The notes below the pieces were generated by a model that saw only the letters and a list, made by a program, of their open reading frames with translations, did no database searches and was not told where the DNA came from. The translations under genes and the position numbers were made by a program. Shown here piece by piece: positions 24,218-34,248 of a stretch of DNA of 64,000 bases (position 1 is the stretch's first letter; each line of letters opens with the position of its first letter). The stretch is from Armatimonadota bacterium (GTDB lineage Bacteria; Armatimonadota; HRBIN16): NCBI GenBank assembly GCA_026003175.1, contig BPGT01000006.1, positions 36,025 through 100,024 of the forward strand, read 5' to 3'.

Positions 24218-27200
24218 TGAGGTCGTCGGTTCGCATCATATTGCTTGCGATGCTCGCCTCCGCGATGATAGGCGCCGCGTGGGCACAGGGGAGCTCGCCT
24301 GCCCCTATCCCCCTCGCGGAGGGGCGTATCACCGCATCCAGGTCGGCAACAGAAAGATCGCAGGTTGGGCAGGTGAACGCCGACCTGCTACGGGGCAATG
24401 GCACCCGAGCGGGCTATCTGCTGCGCTATGGAAACATCGTGCCCGAAAGCGAGCGCGTCACCGTAGATGCCCGTACCCTGCAGCGCAACCGTGACTATAC
24501 TATCGACTACACCACCGGCACACTCTTCTTTACCGAACCGGTGCGCACCTCACAGACGATACGGGTACAGTACCGTTACGTGCCCGGCTCCAGCGAACAG
24601 CGAGGGTTGTTGCAGGCGCCATCGTTGAGGTTGCAGTTCAGTCAGAGCCAGCTGAACATGGTGTACAGCTCCGGCGCGTTCCTGCGTCGTGAGGACGGAA
24701 CCACCTTGCAAACCGATACATACGGGATGCAAACTCGCCTGCACCTCACCGGCAACAGCGTAATGGAAGGCTTGTTGTTCTTCTCTTCGCAACGAGCTGT
24801 GCAGGCGGTCGCAGACCCCACGTTACAACTCGGTGCACCCTCGCGCCCCAACACACAAGCCGCTGCCGGCTCAGACCGCCTGATCCTGCAGAATCTGAAC
24901 TGGGGCTTGGGCGGGCTACAGCTGCGAGGCATGTACCAGGACGTGGGACAGCGGTTCACGGGTTTCGCGGCTCTGCGAGAACAGAAGGCTGCCCCCGACC
25001 AGCTGATCGGCTGGCTGGAGAAAGAGCGGGGGATGCGCCGGATGAGCTACGGTCTGGGCTACGTAGCTGGTGGCATGAACCTGCAGACCGACATCAGCCG
25101 AATCTCCGACGGCAAAGGCGAAATCCGGCAAGCGCAATACAGCGTGCAGACGAAGCAGATGGAACTGCGCTACAGCGAGCGCAAGATTGACCCCCAATTC
25201 CAGCGGTTCAACGATCTGCGCGAGGACCAGCGGGCGCAGTGGGCGAAGGAGCGCGGGCTGACGCGCGACACGCTCTCCGCTCGACTCCACCTGAGCGGTA
25301 ACTCGCAGCTGAGCATGGAGCGCCAGCGCATCCTGGACTCCGGTAGCGGTATTGAACTGACCAACTACGTACTGCAGACCGCCGGGCTGAAGCTCACCTA
25401 CAACACGCAAGAGATAGACAAAGAGTTCACTCGATTCAACGACCTCGTCGAAGGACAGCGCGCGCAATGGGCAAAGGAACGAGGCTGGGTGCGCTCCTTC
25501 CTGAGGGCGGAACTGCCGCCGTTTAAGGGAACGAACCTGCCTTCGCTGTTCATGCAGCAAACCATCCGCACCGAGACGGGCAACCTCAACTTCCGGCAGG
25601 TATCGCTGAATACCCAGACGGTACAGCTCAACTATATCCGACACGGCACCGACCCCGGCTTCGCTGTTGCCAACCTGACGCCGGAGGAGATAAACCAGAT
25701 GGCTCTGCTGGCGCGTCAGCAGGTGGAACCGAACGCGAATGCTGTGACCGATAACGATAGAAAGCAAATCCTGCGCGAGGCAGGATTGCAGCGGGAGACC
25801 CTGCAGATGAATATGACTACTGCCGCAAATGCGCAGGTAAGTGTCATCAAGGCGACTGTGGAAGATGCCAGTGGTGATGTCAAGCGTACGCAGGTTGCGT
25901 ACACCAGCCCGAAGTTCGAAGTGGCTTACCAGCAACAAAGCATCAGCGAAGGCTTTAGCCGTCTGGGCGACCTCACCGACCCCGAGCGCACACTATACGC
26001 TGGCGAGACCGGTATCCAGCGAAGACTTATCAGCACGCGCTTCGCGCTGGACAAGGACGTTTCGCTAAGCGCGCTGTTCGGCAATATCCGCGATTCACAA
26101 GGATCGGTCATCAGGCAATCTTACACCCTGCGCACACCGCGCCTGTCGCTGTTTGCCAACCTAAAGCAGGTAGACCCTGCCTTCTCACGTATCGGTGACC
26201 TGACAGAGAGCGACCGTAAAGACTTGAGCGGTTTGCTGGGCTTTAAGTACTTCGATATGTCGGCGCAGTGGCAGGTCAGCAAAACGCTGTGGTTCGAGGG
26301 ATTCTGGATCGATTCGCGTAACGCGCAGGTGCAGCAGATGCACCGACGCCAGCGGCTGTATTTCCAGTACCAACCACAAGCGAACACGCGCATTACCCAT
26401 GTGAACGACCGCACCAGCCGCGACGGCGCGACGGAGGTGCTGCATCGCCAGTGGCGCGAAACAACCACTGTTGACCATGCTCTGGGTAAAGGGCTGAAGT
26501 TCTCGGCGTATCGCGACCGAATCGACGACGAGGGCGTGTTATTGCAACCCACCACCACGCTCACCAACTTCTGGCGTGTGGAATCCGATAAGAGCCACCC
26601 CGTGTGGTTCGTCATGGAGCAGAAGCACCTGCGCCGCACCGATGGCTACTACGATCTGGCAGACACCGTGCAGGTGCAGACGCCTGTCTCCCGAAGCGCT
26701 ATCATGCAGTTCACCGAGCAACGTTTCGGGCGCAGCGACCGCCCATCGGAGTTGATACGTACAGTAGCTTCGCAGTGGTTGCTACACAAGGGGCTGACCT
26801 TTGCCATGAGCCTGTCTCGTCGCACCACCAGCACTGATACTGGAAGCCTCTTGAAGAGCTTCGCCCTGTCTGGGACGGTGCTGAACTTTGCGAACGTAAC
26901 AGGCAAGTACGACGAGCTGCGTGTAGACCGCGCGAACACCAAGGCGCAGAGCGAAATCGCCGTTTCCTCGCTGAAGCCGTTTAGCGCGCTCGGACTGACG
27001 AATATCCAGTTCACCGGCGCGTACGCCGCTCTGGCAGATCGCGCGAGCTGGCAGAAAGAAACCCGTACTGGACGTATCACCGCGAACCTGGGCAAACACA
27101 GCCTGCTGGCGGAATATACCTCCGCCTTCATCCCGCAGGCGACGGACAGGTTGGTGGTGCGCACCTACCAGTTTACCGTCGCCCCCATGAGCAACTTCAA

Positions 27201-27708
27201 AGGGGAAGTGTACTACCGCATGATCGAACAGCCTAACCAGCAAACGTGGCACGTGCGACGGTACTCACTGGACTGGCAGGTGAACCCGAATACCTCGCTC
27301 AGCCACCAGTTCCTGACCCTGCCCGAGCAGGGCAACAACCGTGTACAGCCGATAGGGCTGGATGTGTGGAAGCTGAGCTCGCGCCTGAATGCTCGCCAGA
27401 TGCTAAACGGCGAGTACCGCATCGAAACCGACTATCTTAAGAGGCAGATTATCCGCCGTGCATTGCTGAGCATAGCGGGCAAACCCTCTGCTCTCTCCAG
27501 CGGTGAGGTGGGATACAGCCTCGATTCGGTGAACTATCAGGGCAATAAAGGCACAGCGCATTCCTTCCACCTGCGCTACGGCTGGCAGCTGGACGATGAA
27601 CATTTCCTCAACCTGAGCCTGCGCTTGACGAACTACCAGCACCGCGTGCCAGATGGATTGTCGCGTAATGAGCTGGCAGGCACGCTGGAATACAAAACGC
27701 GCTTCTAA
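24217..27708 (+). CDS. large secreted protein, predicted outer-membrane beta-barrel with internal motif repeats
   Basis: Signal peptide ..MIGAAWAQG, alternating-residue strands, and C-terminal ..TLEYKTRF ending in Phe. Six copies of the (I/V)Dx(x)FxRFxDLxExxR..ERG motif span nt ~24937-26241. Confidence 0.55.
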   Translation: MRSSVRIILLAMLASAMIGAAWAQGSSPAPIPLAEGRITASRSATERSQVGQVNADLLRGNGTRAGYLLRYGNIVPESERVTVDARTLQRNRDYTIDYTTGTLFFTEPVRTSQTIRVQYRYVPGSSEQRGLLQAPSLRLQFSQSQLNMVYSSGAFLRREDGTTLQTDTYGMQTRLHLTGNSVMEGLLFFSSQRAVQAVADPTLQLGAPSRPNTQAAAGSDRLILQNLNWGLGGLQLRGMYQDVGQRFTGFAALREQKAAPDQLIGWLEKERGMRRMSYGLGYVAGGMNLQTDISRISDGKGEIRQAQYSVQTKQMELRYSERKIDPQFQRFNDLREDQRAQWAKERGLTRDTLSARLHLSGNSQLSMERQRILDSGSGIELTNYVLQTAGLKLTYNTQEIDKEFTRFNDLVEGQRAQWAKERGWVRSFLRAELPPFKGTNLPSLFMQQTIRTETGNLNFRQVSLNTQTVQLNYIRHGTDPGFAVANLTPEEINQMALLARQQVEPNANAVTDNDRKQILREAGLQRETLQMNMTTAANAQVSVIKATVEDASGDVKRTQVAYTSPKFEVAYQQQSISEGFSRLGDLTDPERTLYAGETGIQRRLISTRFALDKDVSLSALFGNIRDSQGSVIRQSYTLRTPRLSLFANLKQVDPAFSRIGDLTESDRKDLSGLLGFKYFDMSAQWQVSKTLWFEGFWIDSRNAQVQQMHRRQRLYFQYQPQANTRITHVNDRTSRDGATEVLHRQWRETTTVDHALGKGLKFSAYRDRIDDEGVLLQPTTTLTNFWRVESDKSHPVWFVMEQKHLRRTDGYYDLADTVQVQTPVSRSAIMQFTEQRFGRSDRPSELIRTVASQWLLHKGLTFAMSLSRRTTSTDTGSLLKSFALSGTVLNFANVTGKYDELRVDRANTKAQSEIAVSSLKPFSALGLTNIQFTGAYAALADRASWQKETRTGRITANLGKHSLLAEYTSAFIPQATDRLVVRTYQFTVAPMSNFKGEVYYRMIEQPNQQTWHVRRYSLDWQVNPNTSLSHQFLTLPEQGNNRVQPIGLDVWKLSSRLNARQMLNGEYRIETDYLKRQIIRRALLSIAGKPSALSSGEVGYSLDSVNYQGNKGTAHSFHLRYGWQLDDEHFLNLSLRLTNYQHRVPDGLSRNELAGTLEYKTRF

Positions 27709-27712
27709 ACGG

Positions 27713-27721
27713 TGATATAAT
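27713..27721 (+). promoter_or_regulatory. extended -10 element upstream of fba
   Basis: TGaTATAAT (TG 27713-14, TATAAT 27716-21). No good -35 is present. Confidence 0.35.
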
Positions 27722-27839
27722 ACTTCTGGTAGAGAATCCAGCCTGTAGCACCCTGCAACAGGAAGAATGGCAATCGCCGTCGAAATGTGACGTTAACAGG
27801 GTGCGATAACCTGCCAGGGAGGAAGAAGGAGACCGAACC

Positions 27840-28802
27840 ATGATCGTTCCAACCCGCGTACTGTTCGAGCACGCATACGGTAAGTATGCGCTCGGCGCTT
27901 ACAACATCAACAACCTCGAGCAAGCAATGGGGCTGTTCCGGGGTAACATGGAGTCGCAGGCGCCTTTCATCATCCAGATAAGCAAAGGCGCGCGCGCTTA
28001 CACCGATAAACGCATGTTAGAGGCGATTATCCGCACGGCGGAGCAGATATGGCCAGACGCGCTGTTTGCGGTGCATCTGGACCATGGCGATGAGCAGACC
28101 TGCTACGACTGTATCGAGAGCGGCTTCTACTCGTCGGTGATGATCGACGGCTCGCACCTGCCCTTCGAAGAGAACATCGCGGTCACCAAGCGTGTGGTAG
28201 AGGCGGCTCACGCCAAGGGCATCAGCGTGGAAGCGGAGCTGGGTATGCTGGGTGGTGTGGAGGAGCACATCTCGGTGGACGAGAAGGATGCTCGCCTGAC
28301 CGACCCCGCCGAGGCGGAGGAGTTCGTGAAGCGCACCGGCTGTGATAGCCTCGCGGTCGCTATCGGCACCAGCCACGGCGCGTACAAATTCAGCGGCACA
28401 CAGCGTATCCACCTGGATCGCGTGGAGGCGATCCAGAAGCGACTGCCCGGCTTCCCGCTGGTGATGCATGGCTCGTCCTCGGTGCCGCAAGAAGAGGTAG
28501 ACCGCATCAACGCCGCAGGCGGTTGCCTGAAGGGTACCAAGGGGGTGGACCCCTCGCAATACCTGCCCGCCGCCAAGCTCGGCGTGTGTAAGATTAATAT
28601 CGACACCGACGGACGCCTGGTGTGGTGCCGCGTGCATCGCGAGTTCTTCCGCGACCACTGCGACAAGTTCGACCTGCGCGAGCCGGGCAAAATCTTCATG
28701 CAGGAGTACGCCAAGTTCATCGCCAGCCGCAACGAACTGCTTGGCTCTGCCGGACAGCTCGAATCGGCTCGCGAGCACGCCAAGAAGGCGCTGGCGAAGT
28801 AG
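27840..28802 (+). CDS. fba: class II fructose-1,6-bisphosphate aldolase
   Basis: Motifs GAYNINNLE, IIQISKGA, VHLDHG and SVMIDGS are present, and the length fits class IIb. Confidence 0.9.
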   Translation: MIVPTRVLFEHAYGKYALGAYNINNLEQAMGLFRGNMESQAPFIIQISKGARAYTDKRMLEAIIRTAEQIWPDALFAVHLDHGDEQTCYDCIESGFYSSVMIDGSHLPFEENIAVTKRVVEAAHAKGISVEAELGMLGGVEEHISVDEKDARLTDPAEAEEFVKRTGCDSLAVAIGTSHGAYKFSGTQRIHLDRVEAIQKRLPGFPLVMHGSSSVPQEEVDRINAAGGCLKGTKGVDPSQYLPAAKLGVCKINIDTDGRLVWCRVHREFFRDHCDKFDLREPGKIFMQEYAKFIASRNELLGSAGQLESAREHAKKALAK

Positions 28803-28876
28803 CCCGCTCACAACGCGTCGCAGTGTAGACCGGGATGCACGCTATGTTGAAATCTCCATGTGCGTCTGCTTAGCAA

Positions 28877-28910
28877 GGGCGGCAACATCCTGGTTGCCGC
28901 CCCTACTCTT
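28877..28910 (+). terminator. rho-independent terminator after fba
   Basis: GGGCGGCAAC-atcctg-GTTGCCGCCC followed by CTACTCTTTC. Confidence 0.55.
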
Positions 28911-28949
28911 TCGGAAGGAACCTCCCCTCTCTAACATGAACAGAATAGC

Positions 28950-30836
28950 GTGATTGTTCAACGACCAAGCATATTGATTGGGCTGTTGCTTCTGTTTACC
29001 CCTGCTGCAGCTCAGCGGGTAGTGGTGCTTTGCTTGCAACCGAAGAACGTGCCCTCGTTGATTCGCCACACTGCGGACATGCCCGGCGCACAGGCACTGG
29101 TGCTAAGCCGGGTGGCGTCGTCCCCAGCACAGCGTCCCGCGCCCTTATCGCCCGGGCAGTGGCAACGTAGCGTTTACCTTACCCTTAACGCGGGCACACG
29201 CGCCCTCGTGCCGGAGAACTTGTCCACAAACGGTATGAAGCGGCTCCAGCAGCTGGTGGAAACAAATAGCCGGTGGGGGTACCCGGTGGTGATAGGCTTG
29301 TTGCCGGAGGAGTTGAAAGCGCGAGCAGTACGGTTCCGTTATCTGACCATGAGCTACGACTCGCCCATGTTGCTGGCGGGTGCGCCCTTCCCCGAACCGG
29401 ACAGCCGTGTTGTTTCCGACTGGACAATGTTGCTTCAGGTCGCGCGGTTCGTTTTACAGGGGCATCCCCGCCTGATGTTGTGGATAGATGCCAGCAATGT
29501 GAAACCGGAACAGCTGGGAGAGGTCGTGCGGCAGCTGCAAACCAGCCTTACCCAGCCCACTGACGCTCTGTACCTGCTTTCTCCTTTGCCCTCCTCAGCA
29601 GAAGCGAGCAATGGCTCCCGATTGGGGTGGGTAATGCGCCTGGGCAGGAACGGAAAGGGGTTGCTGGCGACGAACTCCACCCGCCTGCCCGGCTTCATCA
29701 CCCTGCCCGACCTGACCGCGTCCTGGCTGTCTCACTTTGGGTGCACAAAACTGCCGTCTGGTGTGGTCGGCTCGCCCGCATGGGTAGACCCTGTTGATGA
29801 GCCGGCACAGGCGGCGCAACGGCTGTACGAGTCGCTGATGAGGCAGATATGGTGGAACCGCGCTGTGGGTGCCTTGCCAGCGTTACAGGCTGGTGCGCTC
29901 GCCGTAGCAGGGTTGCTGTGGTTCTTTTCGCGCAGGTCCGGCAGAACGTTACGCATGTTGTTGCTTTTTCCCTGTCTGTTGCCGGTGCTGGGGGTGTCGC
30001 TTGTCCCGGTACTGATTTGCTTCCCGTTAAGGGGCATCTCTCTGGAGACGCGGGCAGGCATCTGGGCGTTGAGTATGTTTGGGCTTTTGGTGCTGCTTTC
30101 AGCCTTTCCTCTGCGCCAGTCTCTGGGTGCGTTGACGACGGTGCTTGTTGTCTTAGTGGGGGTAGACCTGTTGCACGGAGGGAACCTCTTGCGCTGGAGC
30201 GGTTTTGGTTACGTGTTGCAGGAGGGAGCACGCTTTTATGGTGTGGGCAATGAGTTAGCGGGCAGTCTGTTTGGGGCACAGAGCGGTTTTTTGTTCACAG
30301 AAAGCGTCGGCTGGGGGCTCTTGCGCTGGCTGCTCACCGCATTGGCAACAGGTGCTCCCTCCTGGGGAGCAAACGTCGGCGCCATGCTCTCCGCGCTGGG
30401 TGTCACGCTCAGCAGTGCGCTCCTTTCACGCAGACTGCGCCTGTTTGCGGCGGCGGCTGTTGGTGTAGTTCTGCTTGGGGTGGTATTCTGGGAAATCTCA
30501 TCTCCTTCGCCTACCCATCTGGGCTGGACGCTTCAGCATACCCCGATGCTGTTACTTGCTGTAGAGCGCAAGCTGCGGATGAACGCGAGCTTACTGGTCA
30601 GTAGCGCGTGGACGCCCCTGTTGCTGGTCGGTTTGCCGGGATTGAAGGGTGCACCCACGCCCGTATGGGTGGGCGCGCTGGCGTTACTTTTGCTGAACGA
30701 TTCGGGCGTTGTGGCAGCTGCAGCAATGCTGGTATGGTGGTGGGCATGGCGAGCGGCGCATCAAGAGGCGAACACAAGGCTACAGTCCGGTCGGGTGGTC
30801 GAAGAAGCGGCTCTCCAACCCGAACATCCTTCGTAG
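28950..30836 (+). CDS. polytopic membrane protein with N-terminal periplasmic domain (paralog of 31525..33324)
   Basis: A signal-like N-terminus and ~290-aa soluble part (..TRLPGFITLPDLTASWL) precede ~10 TM helices. Shared motifs with the paralog are RFYGVGNEL, GANVGAM and LNDSGVV. Confidence 0.6.
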   Translation: MIVQRPSILIGLLLLFTPAAAQRVVVLCLQPKNVPSLIRHTADMPGAQALVLSRVASSPAQRPAPLSPGQWQRSVYLTLNAGTRALVPENLSTNGMKRLQQLVETNSRWGYPVVIGLLPEELKARAVRFRYLTMSYDSPMLLAGAPFPEPDSRVVSDWTMLLQVARFVLQGHPRLMLWIDASNVKPEQLGEVVRQLQTSLTQPTDALYLLSPLPSSAEASNGSRLGWVMRLGRNGKGLLATNSTRLPGFITLPDLTASWLSHFGCTKLPSGVVGSPAWVDPVDEPAQAAQRLYESLMRQIWWNRAVGALPALQAGALAVAGLLWFFSRRSGRTLRMLLLFPCLLPVLGVSLVPVLICFPLRGISLETRAGIWALSMFGLLVLLSAFPLRQSLGALTTVLVVLVGVDLLHGGNLLRWSGFGYVLQEGARFYGVGNELAGSLFGAQSGFLFTESVGWGLLRWLLTALATGAPSWGANVGAMLSALGVTLSSALLSRRLRLFAAAAVGVVLLGVVFWEISSPSPTHLGWTLQHTPMLLLAVERKLRMNASLLVSSAWTPLLLVGLPGLKGAPTPVWVGALALLLLNDSGVVAAAAMLVWWWAWRAAHQEANTRLQSGRVVEEAALQPEHPS

Positions 30837-31541
30837 ATGTTCGCCCAACGCACGCACACCCAGCGTTTCGGTCGCGTAATGCCCCGCATACAGCAAGTTG
30901 ATGCCCAGTTCTTCCGCGTCCAGATAGGTGTGATGTGCTCCTTCGCCGGTGAGCAGGGTATCGATATCCTGCTCATGCGCCTCGGTGAGGATGCGCGTCT
31001 GCCCCGCCCCACCGGTGATGATACCAATGCGTCGCACAACGTTTCCACCAAAGGGTATTACCCTCACCTGTACTTGCAGTTCCGTCTGCAGGCGCGACAC
31101 CAGCTCGGCAAGAGGCAGTTCCGCCTCACATACAACGCCTATCGGTGTGCCCTGATAGTCCCCGAACCGTCCAGACGGTTCTAACCCCAGCGTGCGCGCC
31201 AGCACGGCGTTGTTGCCTACCTCCGGATGCACATCCAGTGGCAGGTGCACCGAATAGAGGCTGATACCTTCGCGTAACAACGGCTGCAGCCGCCTGCGGA
31301 AGCGTCCCACAATTGGCTGCAGACCATTCCAGAACAAGCCGTGATGCACAATGAGCAAATCCGCGCCCCATGCAACCGCCTCCTCTATCGATGCAATAGA
31401 CGCATCTACTGCCGTCAACACGCGACGAACCGCTTCCTTACCTTCCACCTGCAAGCCGTTGAAGGCGTTGGGGTAGTCGGGTATCTCACGTATTGCCAGG
31501 TAATCGTCCAGATAGCCGGTCAAATCAGCGAGCCGAACCAT
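30780..31541 (-). CDS. Nif3-family dinuclear metal-centre protein (YbgI/GTP cyclohydrolase 1 type 2-like)
   Basis: Motifs NGLQVEG, DLLIVHHG, HLPLDVHPEVGNN and GEGAHHT. ATG 31541 behind GGAGG is preferred. Confidence 0.8.
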   Translation of the reverse strand: MVRLADLTGYLDDYLAIREIPDYPNAFNGLQVEGKEAVRRVLTAVDASIASIEEAVAWGADLLIVHHGLFWNGLQPIVGRFRRRLQPLLREGISLYSVHLPLDVHPEVGNNAVLARTLGLEPSGRFGDYQGTPIGVVCEAELPLAELVSRLQTELQVQVRVIPFGGNVVRRIGIITGGAGQTRILTEAHEQDIDTLLTGEGAHHTYLDAEELGINLLYAGHYATETLGVRALGEHLRRMFGLESRFFDHPTGL

Positions 31542-33324
31542 TTTCCGCCTCCTGCAGTTTACACGTGAGCAGAGCACCCACGCCAACTCCCAGTATCGCC
31601 GCCGCAGGCACGAAACCCGAGTCGTTGAACACCAACGCCGCCACGATGCACGCCAGCCAGGGCAGATACTCGTCGCTATTCCAGAAAGCGGGCAGCACCC
31701 CAATGCGCCGCATTCTCCAGAGGGCAACTCCTATCGCCAGCAACACGCCCCACGTGAACGGACTGAGCAACACACGTACCATCAACAGCGCTTTAGAAGA
31801 GAGGATATCCACTAACGCTCCCCAGCCCTCACTGCGCCAGTGCAACCACGCCTCACCCGCATGTGAAGGAGATGCGCTCAGGCTATCCAGCCACAGCACC
31901 GCTATCGCGGCGAGCAAGCCGACCCCGAACCAGCCGACGCATCGTCTCAGCAGCGTTTTGCCCTTCATTCGGGCGGTTTCCCACGCGCAACCCAGCCCGA
32001 CCGCTGAGGTCAACAAACCGCCCATGTTCGCACCCCACACAGGAACCGCCAGCATCACAGCAACAGCTGCCCACAGAATACCCCTCAGCAGAGCGGGCAA
32101 GCCGTAAAGACCCCATGCCAGCGCACAACCTACCAGCACGCCCATCAGCTCGTTGCCAACGCCGTAGAAGCGGATACCAGATAGTGCGTACGCACTGTAC
32201 ATCGAGAACTTCACGCCGTGCTGTCCGCCAATGACATCGGCGAGAACGACCAGCACGCTCAGCGCACAGGCGCGAATGTACGCGCGGAAGGGGTCATCCC
32301 ACGCCCCCCAGTGCGCCAGCAAAGATAGCCAGAACGCCGACAGGAGAATCGCCCCCACATATTGCCATAGCGCACCCATAGGCAAATGAGGCGCCAACAC
32401 CGTGCCCGCAGGTAGTGACAACAACGCGCCTATTGCTACCGAGAGGAGTAATCTTGTCCGACGGGCGGCTGTTCGTCTCTGTATCATACGCACAGCAGTT
32501 AGCACCGCGAGCAGTCCACCTCCCACCTGTGCGATGCCGACCGGTATCAGACCCTGCGCATTCCAGCGACATTGCTGTGCGAGCCACTGCACCCTGGAAA
32601 AGGCGTTTTCTTCGACAATCACACGCACAGGATGCTCGCCGAACTGCGTGGAGATACCGTGCCACTGCCGGAGCGTGGGGGCGAGATCCACATCGGAGAC
32701 AAGACCCGCCGTGCGCGTTGTGGCGGAAGAGAGAACGCCCGTTGGAAGCCCACCCCCCGCCATGATGACGGGAGCTAGCTGATCCCCGGCGGGCGGCAAG
32801 CCGATAACCAGCACCCTGTCAGTCTCCGGGTTCAGCGAGCCGATAGCCCGCTCCAACCCTTTGCTGAGGGCGGTCAGGCTGCCGCGAAACCACCATATCT
32901 GCACCTGCGCGACGGAGGATGGGGAAGGGGATGGCTGAACAAGCAGAGGTTGCAAACTCTCCTGCGATGGCTCCGTATGCACCTGCACCTCGACGCCGGC
33001 GCGTGCAAGATCCTCCATTAGCCAGCGCCTACGCGGATATCGCTTCTTGAGCAGAGCGGCGGAAGCTCTTTGTGGAAGCGCGAGACGCCTGCCTGTCTGC
33101 AAGGTGGCGGCGAAACTCGTTGTCACCTCTTTCGCCCTGCCGACACTCATCAGCCCGACTGCGCCGTGCCTCGCCAGCACGTACAGTGCCCCTACCTGAC
33201 CCTGCTCGATGTGTTGCCATGTCAGCCCTTCCATGATAACCACTGCCGTCACGGGCTGCCTGGCGAAAACGCAGGGGGTGAACCCCACAAGGAGCACAGT
33301 TATCGCGAGCGAGGCAGTTCTCAC
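31525..33324 (-). CDS. polytopic membrane protein with N-terminal periplasmic domain (paralog of 28950..30836)
   Basis: GTG 33324 overlaps the argB stop (GTGA) and yields a signal-like ASLAITVLLVGFTPCVFA. Shared motifs are TRTAGLVSDVDLAPTL, IRFYGVGNELMG, GANMGGL and FNDSGFV. Confidence 0.6.
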   Translation of the reverse strand: MRTASLAITVLLVGFTPCVFARQPVTAVVIMEGLTWQHIEQGQVGALYVLARHGAVGLMSVGRAKEVTTSFAATLQTGRRLALPQRASAALLKKRYPRRRWLMEDLARAGVEVQVHTEPSQESLQPLLVQPSPSPSSVAQVQIWWFRGSLTALSKGLERAIGSLNPETDRVLVIGLPPAGDQLAPVIMAGGGLPTGVLSSATTRTAGLVSDVDLAPTLRQWHGISTQFGEHPVRVIVEENAFSRVQWLAQQCRWNAQGLIPVGIAQVGGGLLAVLTAVRMIQRRTAARRTRLLLSVAIGALLSLPAGTVLAPHLPMGALWQYVGAILLSAFWLSLLAHWGAWDDPFRAYIRACALSVLVVLADVIGGQHGVKFSMYSAYALSGIRFYGVGNELMGVLVGCALAWGLYGLPALLRGILWAAVAVMLAVPVWGANMGGLLTSAVGLGCAWETARMKGKTLLRRCVGWFGVGLLAAIAVLWLDSLSASPSHAGEAWLHWRSEGWGALVDILSSKALLMVRVLLSPFTWGVLLAIGVALWRMRRIGVLPAFWNSDEYLPWLACIVAALVFNDSGFVPAAAILGVGVGALLTCKLQEAENGSAR

Positions 33325-34181
33325 GGCTTCACCATCGTGCCCACGCCGCGGTCGGTAAACACCTCTATCAGAATCGCATGAGGCTGGCGACCGTCGATAA
33401 TGTGCGCCCGCTGTACACCACCACGCAGGGCGGTGATACACGCTTCCAGCTTGGGAGCCATACCGCTTTCCGCTTTACCGTTGCGCAACAGAGCCTCTGC
33501 CTCAGCGATGCTCATCTCTGAAATCAGCGAGGCAGGGTCTTCCAGGCTAGCAAGCACGCCGGGCACGTCCGTCAATACAATCAGCTTCTCCGCTTTCAAC
33601 GCGGCAGCGATAGCTCCGGCGGCGTGGTCGGCGTTGACGTTGTAGCTCTGCCCGTCCTCACCGATAGCCACTGAGGAGATAACCGGAATGTACCCAGCCT
33701 CGGAGAGCACCTCTATCACTTCCGGGTGGACCTGCGTCACCTCGCCGACATAGCCAATGTCCTTGCCGTCGGGCGTGAGCTTCTTTGCCACCAGCAGGTT
33801 ACCGTCCTTACCGCTTAAGCCCACCGCTTTGCCACCGGCGCGATGTATTAACGACACAATGCCTTTGTTGGTGGTGCCTGCCAGCACCATCTCCACAATC
33901 TCCATCGTCTCGGCGTCCGTGATGCGCAACCCGCCTGTAAAACGCGGTTGCAGACCCATGCGCTGCATGACCTCGCTGACCTCTTTGCCCCCGCCATGCA
34001 CCAATATCGGCTGGATGCCAACGGTACGCAGCAGCACGATATCCTGCATCACCTGCGCTTTAAGGCGTTCATCTATCATCGCCGCGCCGCCGTACTTCAC
34101 CACGAAGCGTTTGCCGCTATAGCGTTGCATATACGGTAGCGCCTGGATAAGCACGTTTGCCTGATTTATGGCGTCCTGCAC
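33321..34181 (-). CDS. argB: acetylglutamate kinase
   Basis: Motifs FVVKYGGAAM, ILVHGGG, GLRITD and VNADHAAG. Confidence 0.9.
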   Translation of the reverse strand: MQDAINQANVLIQALPYMQRYSGKRFVVKYGGAAMIDERLKAQVMQDIVLLRTVGIQPILVHGGGKEVSEVMQRMGLQPRFTGGLRITDAETMEIVEMVLAGTTNKGIVSLIHRAGGKAVGLSGKDGNLLVAKKLTPDGKDIGYVGEVTQVHPEVIEVLSEAGYIPVISSVAIGEDGQSYNVNADHAAGAIAAALKAEKLIVLTDVPGVLASLEDPASLISEMSIAEAEALLRNGKAESGMAPKLEACITALRGGVQRAHIIDGRQPHAILIEVFTDRGVGTMVKP

Positions 34182-34248
34182 GGTATCACCTCCGTTTTAC
34201 GCCTTCTATTGTACCGGCAAGGGCAGAGGTGTGCAACACGAGCGGGAA

